Positions 55,161-64,000 of a DNA stretch of 64,000 bases are shown in pieces. Source of the stretch: Escherichia phage BYEP01; the sequence record OR757453.1. The stretch is one strand, 5' to 3'. A program made the translations under genes and the position numbers. How positions within the stretch are numbered: the first letter of the stretch is position 1; every line of letters starts with the position of its first letter. The notes below the pieces were generated by a model. It did no database searches and was not told the origin of the DNA. It saw nothing but the letters and a program-made list of their open reading frames with translations.

Positions 55161-55405
55161 TTTACTGGAGATTCACTGCCTTAGTGTGAGCTAAAATCGA
55201 GGAGCCGTCGAACTGTCTGATTAATGATTTGCGAATCATTATAGTTTTAAGACCCCGGCAGTTTTACGGTGTACCTCTTGAATGTGAATGATGACGGGTT
55301 TATGGTTATCCTGGTCGTTAAATATCCAAAAACCTATGTTCCCCTTGAGGGCTTGCGCAGGCAATGCCAATAAGTCCTGCATTTTCATTTAAAAGAGAAT
55401 TTATA

Positions 55406-55582
55406 ATGGCAAAACAAGCTAAAGCAAAGAAAGCAGTTGAAAAGAAAGTTGGTGATTCTAAACGCGCTGGCTACAAGCGTGGGTCGAACTCTCGTATCAA
55501 TCAAACTGTTGAGAAGATCATGCGCCGAGCACGTGCGGTTCTTCGAGATGATGCTTCTCGTTTTGGTAAGCAGAAAGCATAA
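55406..55582 (+). CDS. hypothetical basic protein
   Basis: 58 aa Lys/Arg-rich ORF. Confidence 0.35.
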   Translation: MAKQAKAKKAVEKKVGDSKRAGYKRGSNSRINQTVEKIMRRARAVLRDDASRFGKQKA

Positions 55583-55586
55583 GTTA

Positions 55587-55613
55587 AGGACTCCCGAAGG
55601 AGTCCTTTTTTAT
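55587..55613 (+). terminator. rho-independent terminator
   Basis: AGGACTCC-CGAA-GGAGTCCT then TTTTTT. Confidence 0.8.
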
Positions 55614-55635
55614 TTTCCAAAGATTGCACAAAGTT

Positions 55636-55668
55636 GTTTACAGTATGGTTCCTTTGTGATAGTATTAT
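55636..55668 (+). promoter_or_regulatory. early promoter
   Basis: GTTTAC ... GATAGTATTAT. Confidence 0.5.
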
Positions 55669-55692
55669 CTTACACAAACAAAGGAGAATAAA

Positions 55693-56025
55693 ATGAAAAC
55701 GATTAATCTGAACGCCACAGTTAAAACTAAATGCTTCAATGGTAAATATGATGAAACTATGTGGTTCTTAATGGCAGTTGAAGGTGATATTATTGAAGTA
55801 GAAACAACAGAAGGTATGGGAACAGATTTCACCTTTACAATTCAAGTTCATAATTTCTTTACTGGTTGGATTTATGAATTGAATACAGTAATCGTTGGAA
55901 AAATTGAACAAAATGAATTAGGCGAATGGTATTATGTTACAGCTCGCCAACGTGCCGAACGCTTAATTAAGAAGATGAAAAAAGTTGGTAAACTTGACAT
56001 GCAGCATTGGAAAGTAGTAAAATAA
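55693..56025 (+). CDS. hypothetical protein
   Basis: 110 aa ORF. Confidence 0.4.
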   Translation: MKTINLNATVKTKCFNGKYDETMWFLMAVEGDIIEVETTEGMGTDFTFTIQVHNFFTGWIYELNTVIVGKIEQNELGEWYYVTARQRAERLIKKMKKVGKLDMQHWKVVK

Positions 56026-56027
56026 TT

Positions 56028-56067
56028 GTTTACTTTGGTACAGGATATGATATTATATACCTGTACC
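56028..56067 (+). promoter_or_regulatory. early promoter with inverted repeat around -10
   Basis: GTTTAC, 17 nt, TATTAT; GGTACAGG / CCTGTACC arms. Confidence 0.55.
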
Positions 56068-56092
56068 GTAATTAAACATCTTGGAGAATAAA

Positions 56093-56458
56093 ATGAACTA
56101 CATTAACTTTGAACGTAAATATGTTTCTAATGGTATTGCAGGTTCTATTGATACTATTTGCCTTTGGAAACATCAAAACGGATCAGTATGCGAAATCGAT
56201 CAGTATATGACTCCTAACTACGTTTATATGCGATTTGAAAATGGCATCACGGTTTCAATCACGATGGAAGGTTCCAACTTCAAAATCGCTCTGGATGATG
56301 ATTTCCGTCAACGCGATTTAGGGACTCATCCTTGCTGGAATGGTGCTAATCGTAAACTCTTAGTTAAAACTTGGATTCGTCATATTCTGAGTAACAGAGC
56401 TAAACCTGAGCATCTTGAAGCAATCTTTGATGTAGTTCTTAACGAATTTGATATTTAA
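56093..56458 (+). CDS. hypothetical protein
   Basis: 121 aa from ATG after GGAGAATAAA. Confidence 0.4.
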   Translation: MNYINFERKYVSNGIAGSIDTICLWKHQNGSVCEIDQYMTPNYVYMRFENGITVSITMEGSNFKIALDDDFRQRDLGTHPCWNGANRKLLVKTWIRHILSNRAKPEHLEAIFDVVLNEFDI

Positions 56459-56499
56459 AATAAAAATGAGGGGCTTCGGCCCCTATTGAGGAAAATATT

Positions 56500-56787
56500 A
56501 TGTTTATGACTACTTATTTTGATACCCGCAAAAATTTCTGTGAAGTTGTTTTCTCTAAGGCGCCTAAAGACCTTCCTGCACATTTGCAACCTACTAGCGA
56601 ATCGATTAAAAACTACGTTGATGTGGTTTGTCCTTTAGAGTTTCGTACTGTAAATGGGCGCGATACTTTAGCTATCACTAAACTCAATCGTGAAATTGAC
56701 ATTGACCCTTCAATTGCGCGCGAAATTAATATCTCTGATATTGGTGGCGGTAATGTTAAATCGCACGGTTTTCAGATGAGGTTCTAA
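56500..56787 (+). CDS. hypothetical protein
   Basis: 95 aa ORF. Confidence 0.4.
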   Translation: MFMTTYFDTRKNFCEVVFSKAPKDLPAHLQPTSESIKNYVDVVCPLEFRTVNGRDTLAITKLNREIDIDPSIAREINISDIGGGNVKSHGFQMRF

Positions 56788-56984
56788 TGAAATTCTTTTT
56801 AGGTCAAACTGTTGAATTAAAGGGAGTTGGTATACCTGGATTAATTTCTAAGGTTCTACCTCCATTTAAATGGAGTGGTATTCAAATAAAAGAGGCTTAT
56901 ATTGTTTCCTGGGTAGATGGAAATGAAGACCTTCGTATGGGTGATGAATTATCTCCTATCTACGGATTAAAGGAATTAGTATGA
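56787..56984 (+). CDS. hypothetical protein
   Basis: 65 aa ORF. Confidence 0.35.
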   Translation: MKFFLGQTVELKGVGIPGLISKVLPPFKWSGIQIKEAYIVSWVDGNEDLRMGDELSPIYGLKELV

Positions 56985-57187
56985 ATATAATTAATAAGAT
57001 TTTTGGAATTCAGTACATTAAGGTCACATATAAAGTAACAGATAAAAATCCATATACTGATGAACATGAAGAACCACGAGTTGAGTCTATTATATTAGAA
57101 AAGGACCCTAACTGGCCAGTTGAATTTCGTCTTCCTTGCTATGGTCATTGGGCTGATGTTGAAATTATAAGCATTGAAAATGTCTGA
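56981..57187 (+). CDS. hypothetical protein
   Basis: 68 aa ORF. Confidence 0.35.
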   Translation: MNIINKIFGIQYIKVTYKVTDKNPYTDEHEEPRVESIILEKDPNWPVEFRLPCYGHWADVEIISIENV

Positions 57188-57638
57188 GTTAGAGATTAGA
57201 AGCAATTTTAGGTGGCCATCATGTGCATTAAGTAATTTCGCCCAATGGCCTTTCGTTATGGATGGTATTCAATTTGGAGGTCTTGAAGGATTCCTCCAAG
57301 GATGCAAGGTGAAAAACGTTGAACAACAACGTCGTATATTTGGGTTATCTGGGCTTGCCGCTCAACAAGCTGGAAGGTCTTATGCTAGAGCTCAGGACCG
57401 TGGGACCCTCTTCTGGCTTGGAGTTCCGTTTTCAAGATACTCCCCGGCGTGGAAAGAATTATACACAAATGCATATTTTGAAGCAGCGTTCCAAAACAAG
57501 GGTTTTCGCGATGCATTACAAGCCTCGAAAGGAAAAGTTTTGAAGCACAGCATGGCTAGTGGTCTAACAAAAGATGATACAATACTAACCGAAGCTGAAT
57601 TTATTGATGTGTTAAACCTATTAAGAGACTCTCTATGA
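57180..57638 (+). CDS. NADAR / YbiA-like (DUF1768) domain protein
   Basis: 152 aa; ALSNFAQWPFVMDGIQFGGLEGFLQGCK resembles the YbiA FSNFA...SEHYFQA signature. Confidence 0.45.
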   Translation: MSELEIRSNFRWPSCALSNFAQWPFVMDGIQFGGLEGFLQGCKVKNVEQQRRIFGLSGLAAQQAGRSYARAQDRGTLFWLGVPFSRYSPAWKELYTNAYFEAAFQNKGFRDALQASKGKVLKHSMASGLTKDDTILTEAEFIDVLNLLRDSL

Positions 57639-58522
57639 AGCCTACTATTTTAACTGATATTGATGGAGTATGTTTAAGCTGGCAATCAGGCCTTCCTTAT
57701 TTTGCTCAGAAATATAATCTTCCGTTAGAACATATTTTAAAAATGATCCAAGATGAGAAATTTATTTCTCCAGGTAAACTCTTTAATTGTGATGAAGAAC
57801 TTGGCGTCAAGTTAATTGAAAAATACAATCGTTCAGATTTTATTCGTTACTTGTCTCCGTATAAAGATGCCCTGTGTGTAATTAACAAATTAAAAGAAGA
57901 TTATAATTTTGTAGCTGTTACAGCATTGGGTGATTCTATTGACGCTCTGTTGAATCGTCAATTTAATTTGAATGCTCTTTTTCCTGGTGCCTTCTCAGAA
58001 GTAATGATGTGTGGCCATGATTCTTCAAAAGAAGAGTTGTTTAAAAAGGCAAAAGAGAAATATAACGTAATTTGTTATATTGACGATCTCGCTCACCACT
58101 GTGACCACGCGAGTGAAATATTAAATGTTCCGGTTTATTGGATGGCTCGAGGAGAGCGTGACAATATTCCAAAAACTGCGCAGCGAGTTTATACATGGAA
58201 TGATGTAGAAAATAAGCTTTTTTCACCAAAGGAAAATAAAGAAAGTTTTGATAGTGAAAAAGCTATAAAAGATGTAATTGAGAAGATGGTTAAAAACGAT
58301 TCTTTTCGTTGGAACACTACCTGGAGAACTCCTGGATTTAATCCGTATAATCCATATTATACACATCCATATAATCCATATTATACACATCCATATAATC
58401 CATATTATACACACCCGTATCATATGAATCCATTCCATACGTGGAGTTATACCAAGCCTGGCGATGCAGGGTATTTTAATAGATTTACTAGTGGTGATAA
58501 TATTTTCCAAGGAGCATTCTAA
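57635..58522 (+). CDS. HAD-superfamily phosphatase-like protein with C-terminal tandem repeats
   Basis: 295 aa; N-terminal DIDGV motif; three 24-nt repeats encoding NPYYTHPY. Confidence 0.5.
   Translation: MKPTILTDIDGVCLSWQSGLPYFAQKYNLPLEHILKMIQDEKFISPGKLFNCDEELGVKLIEKYNRSDFIRYLSPYKDALCVINKLKEDYNFVAVTALGDSIDALLNRQFNLNALFPGAFSEVMMCGHDSSKEELFKKAKEKYNVICYIDDLAHHCDHASEILNVPVYWMARGERDNIPKTAQRVYTWNDVENKLFSPKENKESFDSEKAIKDVIEKMVKNDSFRWNTTWRTPGFNPYNPYYTHPYNPYYTHPYNPYYTHPYHMNPFHTWSYTKPGDAGYFNRFTSGDNIFQGAF
58342..58420 (+). repeat. tandem 24-nt repeat, 3 copies
   Basis: CCATATAATCCATATTATACACAT repeated three times inside the coding sequence. Confidence 0.8.
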
Positions 58523-58788
58523 TGTTTGTCGTTCACACTATTTATGAAAATGAAGGTAATACTACACGTGATTACGGTCACGTAAATCAATTTTTTAGAT
58601 GCAATCCAGAATTCCGAGCTCAAAAAGACGAACGAATTTTTAAAAAATGTGTAGAGCAAGGTTTCATTTACGTCAAGCACTGGATGCAAGGAAATAAAGT
58701 TAGAACTACATATCATAAGTCTTTGCCTGAGCTTAATGATGAATTGATTTATAATAGAGCTGTAAACCAAACTCTGAAGGATGAATAA
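58522..58788 (+). CDS. hypothetical protein
   Basis: 88 aa ORF. Confidence 0.4.
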   Translation: MFVVHTIYENEGNTTRDYGHVNQFFRCNPEFRAQKDERIFKKCVEQGFIYVKHWMQGNKVRTTYHKSLPELNDELIYNRAVNQTLKDE

Positions 58789-60251
58789 TGATTCTTAAAA
58801 TTCTGAATGAAATAGCATCTATTGGTTCAACTAAGCAGAAGCAAGCAATTCTTGAAAAGAATAAAGATAATGAATTGCTTAAACGAGTATATCGTCTGAC
58901 TTATTCTCGTGGGTTGCAGTATTATATCAAGAAATGGCCTAAACCTGGTATTGCTACCCAGAGTTTTGGAATGCTGACCATTATCGATATGCTTGACTTC
59001 ATTGAATTCACGTTAGCTACTCGGAAATTGACTGGAAATGCTGCAATTGAGGAATTGACTGGATATATCACCGATGGTAAAAAGGATGATGTTGAAGTTT
59101 TGCGTCGAGTTATGATGCGAGACCTTGAATGCGGTGCTTCAGTATCTATTGCAAACAAAGTTTGGCCAGGTTTAATTCCTGAACAACCTCAAATGCTGGC
59201 AAGTTCTTATGATGAAAAAGGCATTAGTAAGAATATCAAGTTTCCAGCTTTTGCACAGTTAAAAGCAGATGGAGCTCGGTGTTTTGCTGAAGTCCGAGGT
59301 GATGAATTAGATGATGTTCGTCTTTTATCACGAGCTGGTAATGAATATCTAGGATTAGATCTTCTTAAGGAAGAATTAATCAAAATGACTGCTGAAGCCC
59401 GCCAGATTCATCCAGAAGGTGTGTTAATTGATGGCGAATTGGTATACCATGAGCAAGTTAAAAAGGAACCAGAAGGACTAGATTTTCTTTTTGATGCTTA
59501 TCCTGAAATTAGTAAAGCTAAAGAATTCGCCGAAGTAGCGGAATCTCGTACTACTTCTAATGGAATCGCCAATAAATCCTTAAAAGGAACCATTTCTGAA
59601 AAAGAAGCTCAATGTATGAAGTTTCAGGTCTGGGATTATGTCCCGTTGGTAGAAATATACGGTCTTCCGGCGTTTCGTTTAAAATATGATGTACGTTTTT
59701 CTAAACTAGAACAAATGACATCAGGATATGATAAAGTAATTTTAATTGAAAACCAGGTAGTAAATAACCTAGATGAAGCTAAGGTAATTTATAAAAAGTA
59801 TATTGACCAAGGTCTTGAAGGTATTATTCTCAAAAATATCGATGGATTATGGGAAAATGCTCGTTCAAAAAATCTCTATAAATTTAAAGAAGTAATTGAT
59901 GTTGATTTAAAAATTGTAGGAATTTATCCTCACCGTAAAGACCCTACTAAAGCAGGTGGATTTATTCTTGAGTCAGAGTGTGGAAAAATTAAGGTAAATG
60001 CTGGTTCAGGCTTAAAAGATAAAGCCGGTGTAAAATCGCATGAACTTGACCGTACTCGCATTATGGAAAACCAAAATTATTATATTGGAAAAATTCTAGA
60101 GTGCGAATGCAATGGTTGGTTAAAATCTGATGGCCGCACTGATTACGTTAAATTATTTCTTCCGATTGCGATTCGTTTACGTGAAGATAAAACTAAAGCT
60201 AATACGTTCGAAGATGTATTTGGCGATTTTCATGAGGTAACTGGTCTATGA
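58788..60251 (+). CDS. 30: ATP-dependent DNA ligase gp30
   Basis: 487 aa; KADGAR adenylation motif. Confidence 0.9.
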   Translation: MILKILNEIASIGSTKQKQAILEKNKDNELLKRVYRLTYSRGLQYYIKKWPKPGIATQSFGMLTIIDMLDFIEFTLATRKLTGNAAIEELTGYITDGKKDDVEVLRRVMMRDLECGASVSIANKVWPGLIPEQPQMLASSYDEKGISKNIKFPAFAQLKADGARCFAEVRGDELDDVRLLSRAGNEYLGLDLLKEELIKMTAEARQIHPEGVLIDGELVYHEQVKKEPEGLDFLFDAYPEISKAKEFAEVAESRTTSNGIANKSLKGTISEKEAQCMKFQVWDYVPLVEIYGLPAFRLKYDVRFSKLEQMTSGYDKVILIENQVVNNLDEAKVIYKKYIDQGLEGIILKNIDGLWENARSKNLYKFKEVIDVDLKIVGIYPHRKDPTKAGGFILESECGKIKVNAGSGLKDKAGVKSHELDRTRIMENQNYYIGKILECECNGWLKSDGRTDYVKLFLPIAIRLREDKTKANTFEDVFGDFHEVTGL

Positions 60252-60436
60252 AAGCTTACTTAGAAACAATTGTCGTGGCTCAAAAAGAAGGTGGAGATGT
60301 TTCTACTTCTGTATCACAAGTCATTCTCGAATTTGTAGATGCATACGCTTATAATAAATTTACAGAAACATTTGATGCTTATGAAAAAGGTCCAAAGTTT
60401 GAAATATATCGTACTCTCTTACCTATAGATTATTAA
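60248..60436 (+). CDS. hypothetical protein
   Basis: 62 aa ORF. Confidence 0.35.
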   Translation: MKAYLETIVVAQKEGGDVSTSVSQVILEFVDAYAYNKFTETFDAYEKGPKFEIYRTLLPIDY

Positions 60437-60456
60437 AGGCCTTCGGGCCTTTAATT
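60435..60456 (+). terminator. UUCG-loop hairpin terminator
   Basis: AAAGGCC-TTCG-GGCCTTT then AATTTTAT. Confidence 0.65.
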
Positions 60457-60457
60457 T

Positions 60458-60465
60458 TATAAATA
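60458..60465 (+). promoter_or_regulatory. late promoter TATAAATA upstream of alt
   Basis: exact TATAAATA about 25 nt upstream of the alt start. Confidence 0.55.
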
Positions 60466-60488
60466 GAATAAACACTAGAGAGGATATG

Positions 60489-62537
60489 ATGGAACTAATT
60501 ACAGAATTATTTGACGAAGATACTACTCTTCCGATTACAAACTTAAATCCAAAGAAGAAAATACCACAAATTTTTTCAGTTCATGTTGATGACGCAATTG
60601 AACAACCAGGCTTTCGTTTATGTACCTATACATCTGGAGGTGATACTAATCGTGATTTAAAGATGGGCGATAAAATGATGCACATTGTTCCTTTTACATT
60701 AACTGCTAAAGGTTCAATTGCTAAATTGAAAGGTCTTGGTCCAAGCCCAATTAATTATATCAATTCAGTTTTTACTGTTGCAATGCAAACAATGCGTCAG
60801 TATAAAATTGATGCCTGCATGCTTCGTATTCTTAAGTCTAAAACCGCTGGTCAAGCTCGACAAATTCAAGTTATTGCTGATAGACTTATCCGTAGTCGTT
60901 CAGGTGGCAGATACGTCCTTCTTAAGGAACTCTGGGATTATGATAAAAAGTATGCATATATTCTTATACATCGCAAAAATGTATCACTAGAAGACATTCC
61001 AGGAGTTCCGGAAATTAGTACCGAGCTCTTTACTAAAGTTGAATCGAAGGTCGGTGATGTTTATATCAATAAAGATACTGGAGCTCAAGTAACTAAAAAT
61101 GAGGCAATTGCAGCATCTATTGCGCAAGAAAACGATAAACGTTCTGACCAAGCTGTAATCGTTAAAGTTAAAATTTCCCGTAGAGCAATTGCACAAAGTC
61201 AGTCATTGGAATCTTCTAGATTTGAAACACCGATGTTTCAAAAATTTGAGGCTTCAGCGGCAGAATTAAATAAACCAGCGGACGCGCCTTTAATTTCTGA
61301 TTCTAATGAATTAACGGTAATTTCTACTTCAGGATTTGCACTAGAGAATGCTCTTAATAGTGTTACAGCTGGGATGGCATTCAGAGAAGCTTCTATAATT
61401 CCTGAAGATAAAGAATCTGATGTTAATGCAGAAATAAAAAATAAAGCTTTAGAAAGATTACGAAAAGAATCTATTACTTCAATAAAAACTTTAGAAACTA
61501 TTGCTTCTATCGTCGATGATACTTTAGAAAAATATAAAGGTGCTTGGTTTGAAAGAAATATTAACAGACATTCGCATTTAAACCAAGATGCTGCAAATGA
61601 GTTAGTACAAAATTCTTGGAATGCAATAAAAACAAAGATTATTCGAAGAGAATTACGTGGATATGCTCTTACCGCTGGATGGTCATTACATCCTATAGTC
61701 GAAAATAAAGATTCATCTAAATACACACCAGCGCAAAAACGCGGAATTCGTGAATATGTAGGTTCAGGATATGTAGACATAAATAATGCTCTTTTGGGAT
61801 TATATAATCCAGATGAGCGTACAAGTATTTTAACAGCACCTGAAATAGAACAAGCCATTGATAATTTAGATTCAGCCTTTAAAAATGGTGAACGATTACC
61901 AAAAGGTATTACTTTGTATCGTTCACAACGAATGTTACCTTCAATATATGAAGCAATGGTAAAAAATCGAGTTTTTTATTTTAGAAACTTTGTGTCAACA
62001 TCATTATATCCAAATATTTTTGGTACTTGGATGACTGATTCATCTATAGGTGTTTTACCAGACGAAAAGCGTCTAAGTGTTTCTATTGATAAAACTGATG
62101 AAGGGCTTGTTAATTCTAGCGATAATTTAGTCGGAATTGGATGGGTTATTACTGGGGCTGATAAGGTCAATGTTGTTTTACCCGGTGGAAGTTTAGCGCC
62201 TTCAAATGAAATGGAAGTCATTTTGCCACGTGGATTAATGGTCAAAGTTAATAAAATAACCGATGCATCTTACAACGATGGAACAGTTAGAACTAACAAC
62301 AAGCTTATTCAAGCTGAAGTTATGACTACAGAAGAACTCACCGAATCGGTAATTTATGACGGTGACCGTTTAATGGAAACTGGTGAATTGGTTACAATGA
62401 CAGGTGATATAGAAGATAGAGTTGACTTTGCATCATTTGTTTCATCAAATGTTAAACAGAAAGTAGAATCATCTCTTGGAATTATTGCGTCTTGCATAGA
62501 TATTGCAAACATGCCTTACAAGTTCGTTCAAGGATAA
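60489..62537 (+). CDS. alt: ADP-ribosyltransferase Alt
   Basis: 682 aa from second ATG; matches T4 Alt length and N-terminus. Confidence 0.85.
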   Translation: MELITELFDEDTTLPITNLNPKKKIPQIFSVHVDDAIEQPGFRLCTYTSGGDTNRDLKMGDKMMHIVPFTLTAKGSIAKLKGLGPSPINYINSVFTVAMQTMRQYKIDACMLRILKSKTAGQARQIQVIADRLIRSRSGGRYVLLKELWDYDKKYAYILIHRKNVSLEDIPGVPEISTELFTKVESKVGDVYINKDTGAQVTKNEAIAASIAQENDKRSDQAVIVKVKISRRAIAQSQSLESSRFETPMFQKFEASAAELNKPADAPLISDSNELTVISTSGFALENALNSVTAGMAFREASIIPEDKESDVNAEIKNKALERLRKESITSIKTLETIASIVDDTLEKYKGAWFERNINRHSHLNQDAANELVQNSWNAIKTKIIRRELRGYALTAGWSLHPIVENKDSSKYTPAQKRGIREYVGSGYVDINNALLGLYNPDERTSILTAPEIEQAIDNLDSAFKNGERLPKGITLYRSQRMLPSIYEAMVKNRVFYFRNFVSTSLYPNIFGTWMTDSSIGVLPDEKRLSVSIDKTDEGLVNSSDNLVGIGWVITGADKVNVVLPGGSLAPSNEMEVILPRGLMVKVNKITDASYNDGTVRTNNKLIQAEVMTTEELTESVIYDGDRLMETGELVTMTGDIEDRVDFASFVSSNVKQKVESSLGIIASCIDIANMPYKFVQG

Positions 62538-62540
62538 ATC

Positions 62541-62926
62541 ATGGAACTTATTACATAATTATTTGACGGCGCTTCGGCGCCGGTTGTTAACTTAAATCCT
62601 AAGCATAAAATACCACAAATTTTTGCTATTCAAGCCGGCGAAGAAAGCGTGCTTCCTGGATTTAGATTTTGTACATACACCTCTGGCGGTGATACAGATA
62701 AAACGTTAAACCAGGCGACAAAATGATGCATATCGTAATGATAGGTGTTAATGAGAAACTATCATTAGTTAAGCTTAAAAACTTGGGTGGAAATCCAATT
62801 GGTGTCATTAATGCTGTTTTTGATACTGCTCTTCAAACAATGAAACAGTATAAAATCGACGCATGCCTATTACGCGTACTAAAAAGTTCAAAATGTAGTT
62901 TACAAGTCCCTCGTGTTGTGTTATAG
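62541..62926 (+). pseudogene. decayed partial duplicate of the alt 5' region
   Basis: DNA homology to alt codons 1-130; nonsense at codon 6 (MELIT*), at least one frameshift; residual 67-aa ORF 62723..62926. Confidence 0.7.
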
Positions 62927-62951
62927 TAGTCTTACTGACATAACATGAGGA
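62898..62951 (+). promoter_or_regulatory. early promoter, second copy of the 49304..49357 element
   Basis: about 52 of 54 nt identical to the element upstream of alc. Confidence 0.55.
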
Positions 62952-62958
62952 ACACAAA

Positions 62959-63249
62959 ATGAAATCTTCTTTACGCTTTTTAGGTCAAGAACTTGTAGTT
63001 GAAGGCGTTATTCCTGCTGATAATGCTTTTAATGAAGCAGTTTATGATGAATTTATCAAAATTTTCGGAACAGATAAAAAGTTTGGAATTTTTCCTTCTG
63101 AAAATTTTTCAAAGCCAGAACAGACTGAAAGTATTTTTCAGGGTGTAGTAACAGGTAAATTTGAGTCAGAAGCTCCGGTAAAAATTGAAGTTTATATTGA
63201 AGACAGTTTAGTTGCTTCAGTTGCTGCTTTCATTTCATTCCGTAAATAA
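62959..63249 (+). CDS. hypothetical protein
   Basis: 96 aa ORF. Confidence 0.4.
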   Translation: MKSSLRFLGQELVVEGVIPADNAFNEAVYDEFIKIFGTDKKFGIFPSENFSKPEQTESIFQGVVTGKFESEAPVKIEVYIEDSLVASVAAFISFRK

Positions 63250-63256
63250 AAATATG

Positions 63257-63274
63257 GGGACCGAAAGGTCCCCG
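63257..63274. terminator. hairpin between convergent genes
   Basis: GGGGACC-GAAA-GGTCCCC; T-rich flank on the minus strand. Confidence 0.6.
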
Positions 63275-63321
63275 TTGTTATATTGCTCCTAATATTTTAC
63301 TCTGCGAATTGACAATCCCTG

Positions 63322-64000
63322 TCATAGTATACTAATATTTGAAATGCTTCCTGAGGTTCCTCCTAGTCTACTAAGTCGTGAAAGCGAATTAGATAGTCCA
63401 GTAACACCTCCACTATTTCCGAGAACGCTTTGAATACCATTTATAGCAGCAGATTCAAGCCATTCAAGCGCAGCTTGCCTATCAACTGCTCCAGCCTGCA
63501 TCACTCTGTACGCAAAAGTAACATCAAATGTAGTTATTTGGTTATCTCCATCATATGATAGCTCAGGAGCGCTCACTGATATTGGAATGCATCCGGTGAA
63601 CATCACCGCAGTATGAGGCAATCCATTGCGAGAATGAAGATTAACCTGAATATCTGCCTCGACATCTTGTGGCAAAGCACGTAATCCAGTTACTGGGTCT
63701 TGAACGGAGTTAACCCAGTCTTGCATTGCACGATAGTTACAAGCTTCTGAATCCATTCTAAATGAAATAACCAAAGGGTCTAATTCTCTCCCAGTTATAC
63801 GAATATTAGGAGAATTATAGTTCCAGTCAGTTTCATAGGATAATCTATTCTCTGGCATTTTTACAGAATATATCATCAATCCAGATGAGTTATATGCCAT
63901 GTTAAAGAAGTCAATTAAATATGTACCAACCGTAAATGAGCCTAATAAACTTTGAACTGTGCGTTGACTCATGGCACCAATAAGATATTTACTGACTCCT
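63322..64000 (-). CDS. baseplate / tail-tube family structural protein (gp54/gp48-like), 5' end beyond window
   Basis: frame remains open upstream of Met at 63972 to the window edge; C-terminal region resembles the tail-tube fold ending; Gly/Ser-rich tail. Confidence 0.45.
   Translation of the reverse strand, partial: GVSKYLIGAMSQRTVQSLLGSFTVGTYLIDFFNMAYNSSGLMIYSVKMPENRLSYETDWNYNSPNIRITGRELDPLVISFRMDSEACNYRAMQDWVNSVQDPVTGLRALPQDVEADIQVNLHSRNGLPHTAVMFTGCIPISVSAPELSYDGDNQITTFDVTFAYRVMQAGAVDRQAALEWLESAAINGIQSVLGNSGGVTGLSNSLSRLSRLGGTSGSISNISIL

Noticed and set aside
55161-55405. tRNA or other structured RNA gene in the rIII-proximal gap
   Set aside because: No cloverleaf-compatible arms or T-loop (GTTCGAATC-like) motif were visible; kept only as an unexplained gap.
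58223-58510. 95-aa minus-strand ORF rich in IWIIWMC repeats
   Set aside because: It is the reverse-strand reading of the 24-nt tandem repeats in the HAD-like gene, an artefact of the repeat.
61238-61858. 206-aa minus-strand ORF inside alt
   Set aside because: Fully antisense to a gene with a strong match to T4 Alt; no independent signals.

Overview
This window is a contiguous segment of a T4-like (T-even, Tequatrovirus-type) myovirus genome, oriented as the reverse complement of the usual T4 map. Calls rest on reading the supplied ORF translations against remembered T4 proteins and on motifs visible in the DNA; no database search was run. Plus-strand early/middle genes run dam, 56, segF, soc, modB, modA, srd, dda, dexA, motB, 39, rIIA, rIIB, denB, ndd, stp, ac, 52, motA, arn, asiA. 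The late block t, 38, 37, 36, 35, 34 lies on the minus strand. The plus strand then resumes with rnh, dsbA, 33, 59, 32, frd, td, nrdA, nrdB, denA, 63 (RNA ligase 1), alc, spanins, pseT, cd, 31, rIII, nine small ORFs, 30 (DNA ligase) and alt, ending in a partial minus-strand baseplate-type gene. Regulatory signals are T4-typical: GTTTAC/TATAAT-type early promoters, TATAAATA late promoters, UUCG-tetraloop hairpin terminators, and the gene 32 translational operator. The most notable features are in the mobile-element and gene-integrity layer. nrdA is split into two ORFs by an inserted HNH homing-endonuclease gene. The td and nrdB group I introns are present but compact and lack endonuclease ORFs. 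Gene 39 is one continuous ORF with an intact HNH gene overlapping its stop. rIIB carries an apparent +1 frameshift, gene 32 has no stop before the downstream ORF, and a small cd-proximal gene shows an apparent 1-nt A-run frameshift. There is a decayed duplicate of the alt 5' end with a duplicated promoter element. No tRNA, rRNA or CRISPR array was seen.
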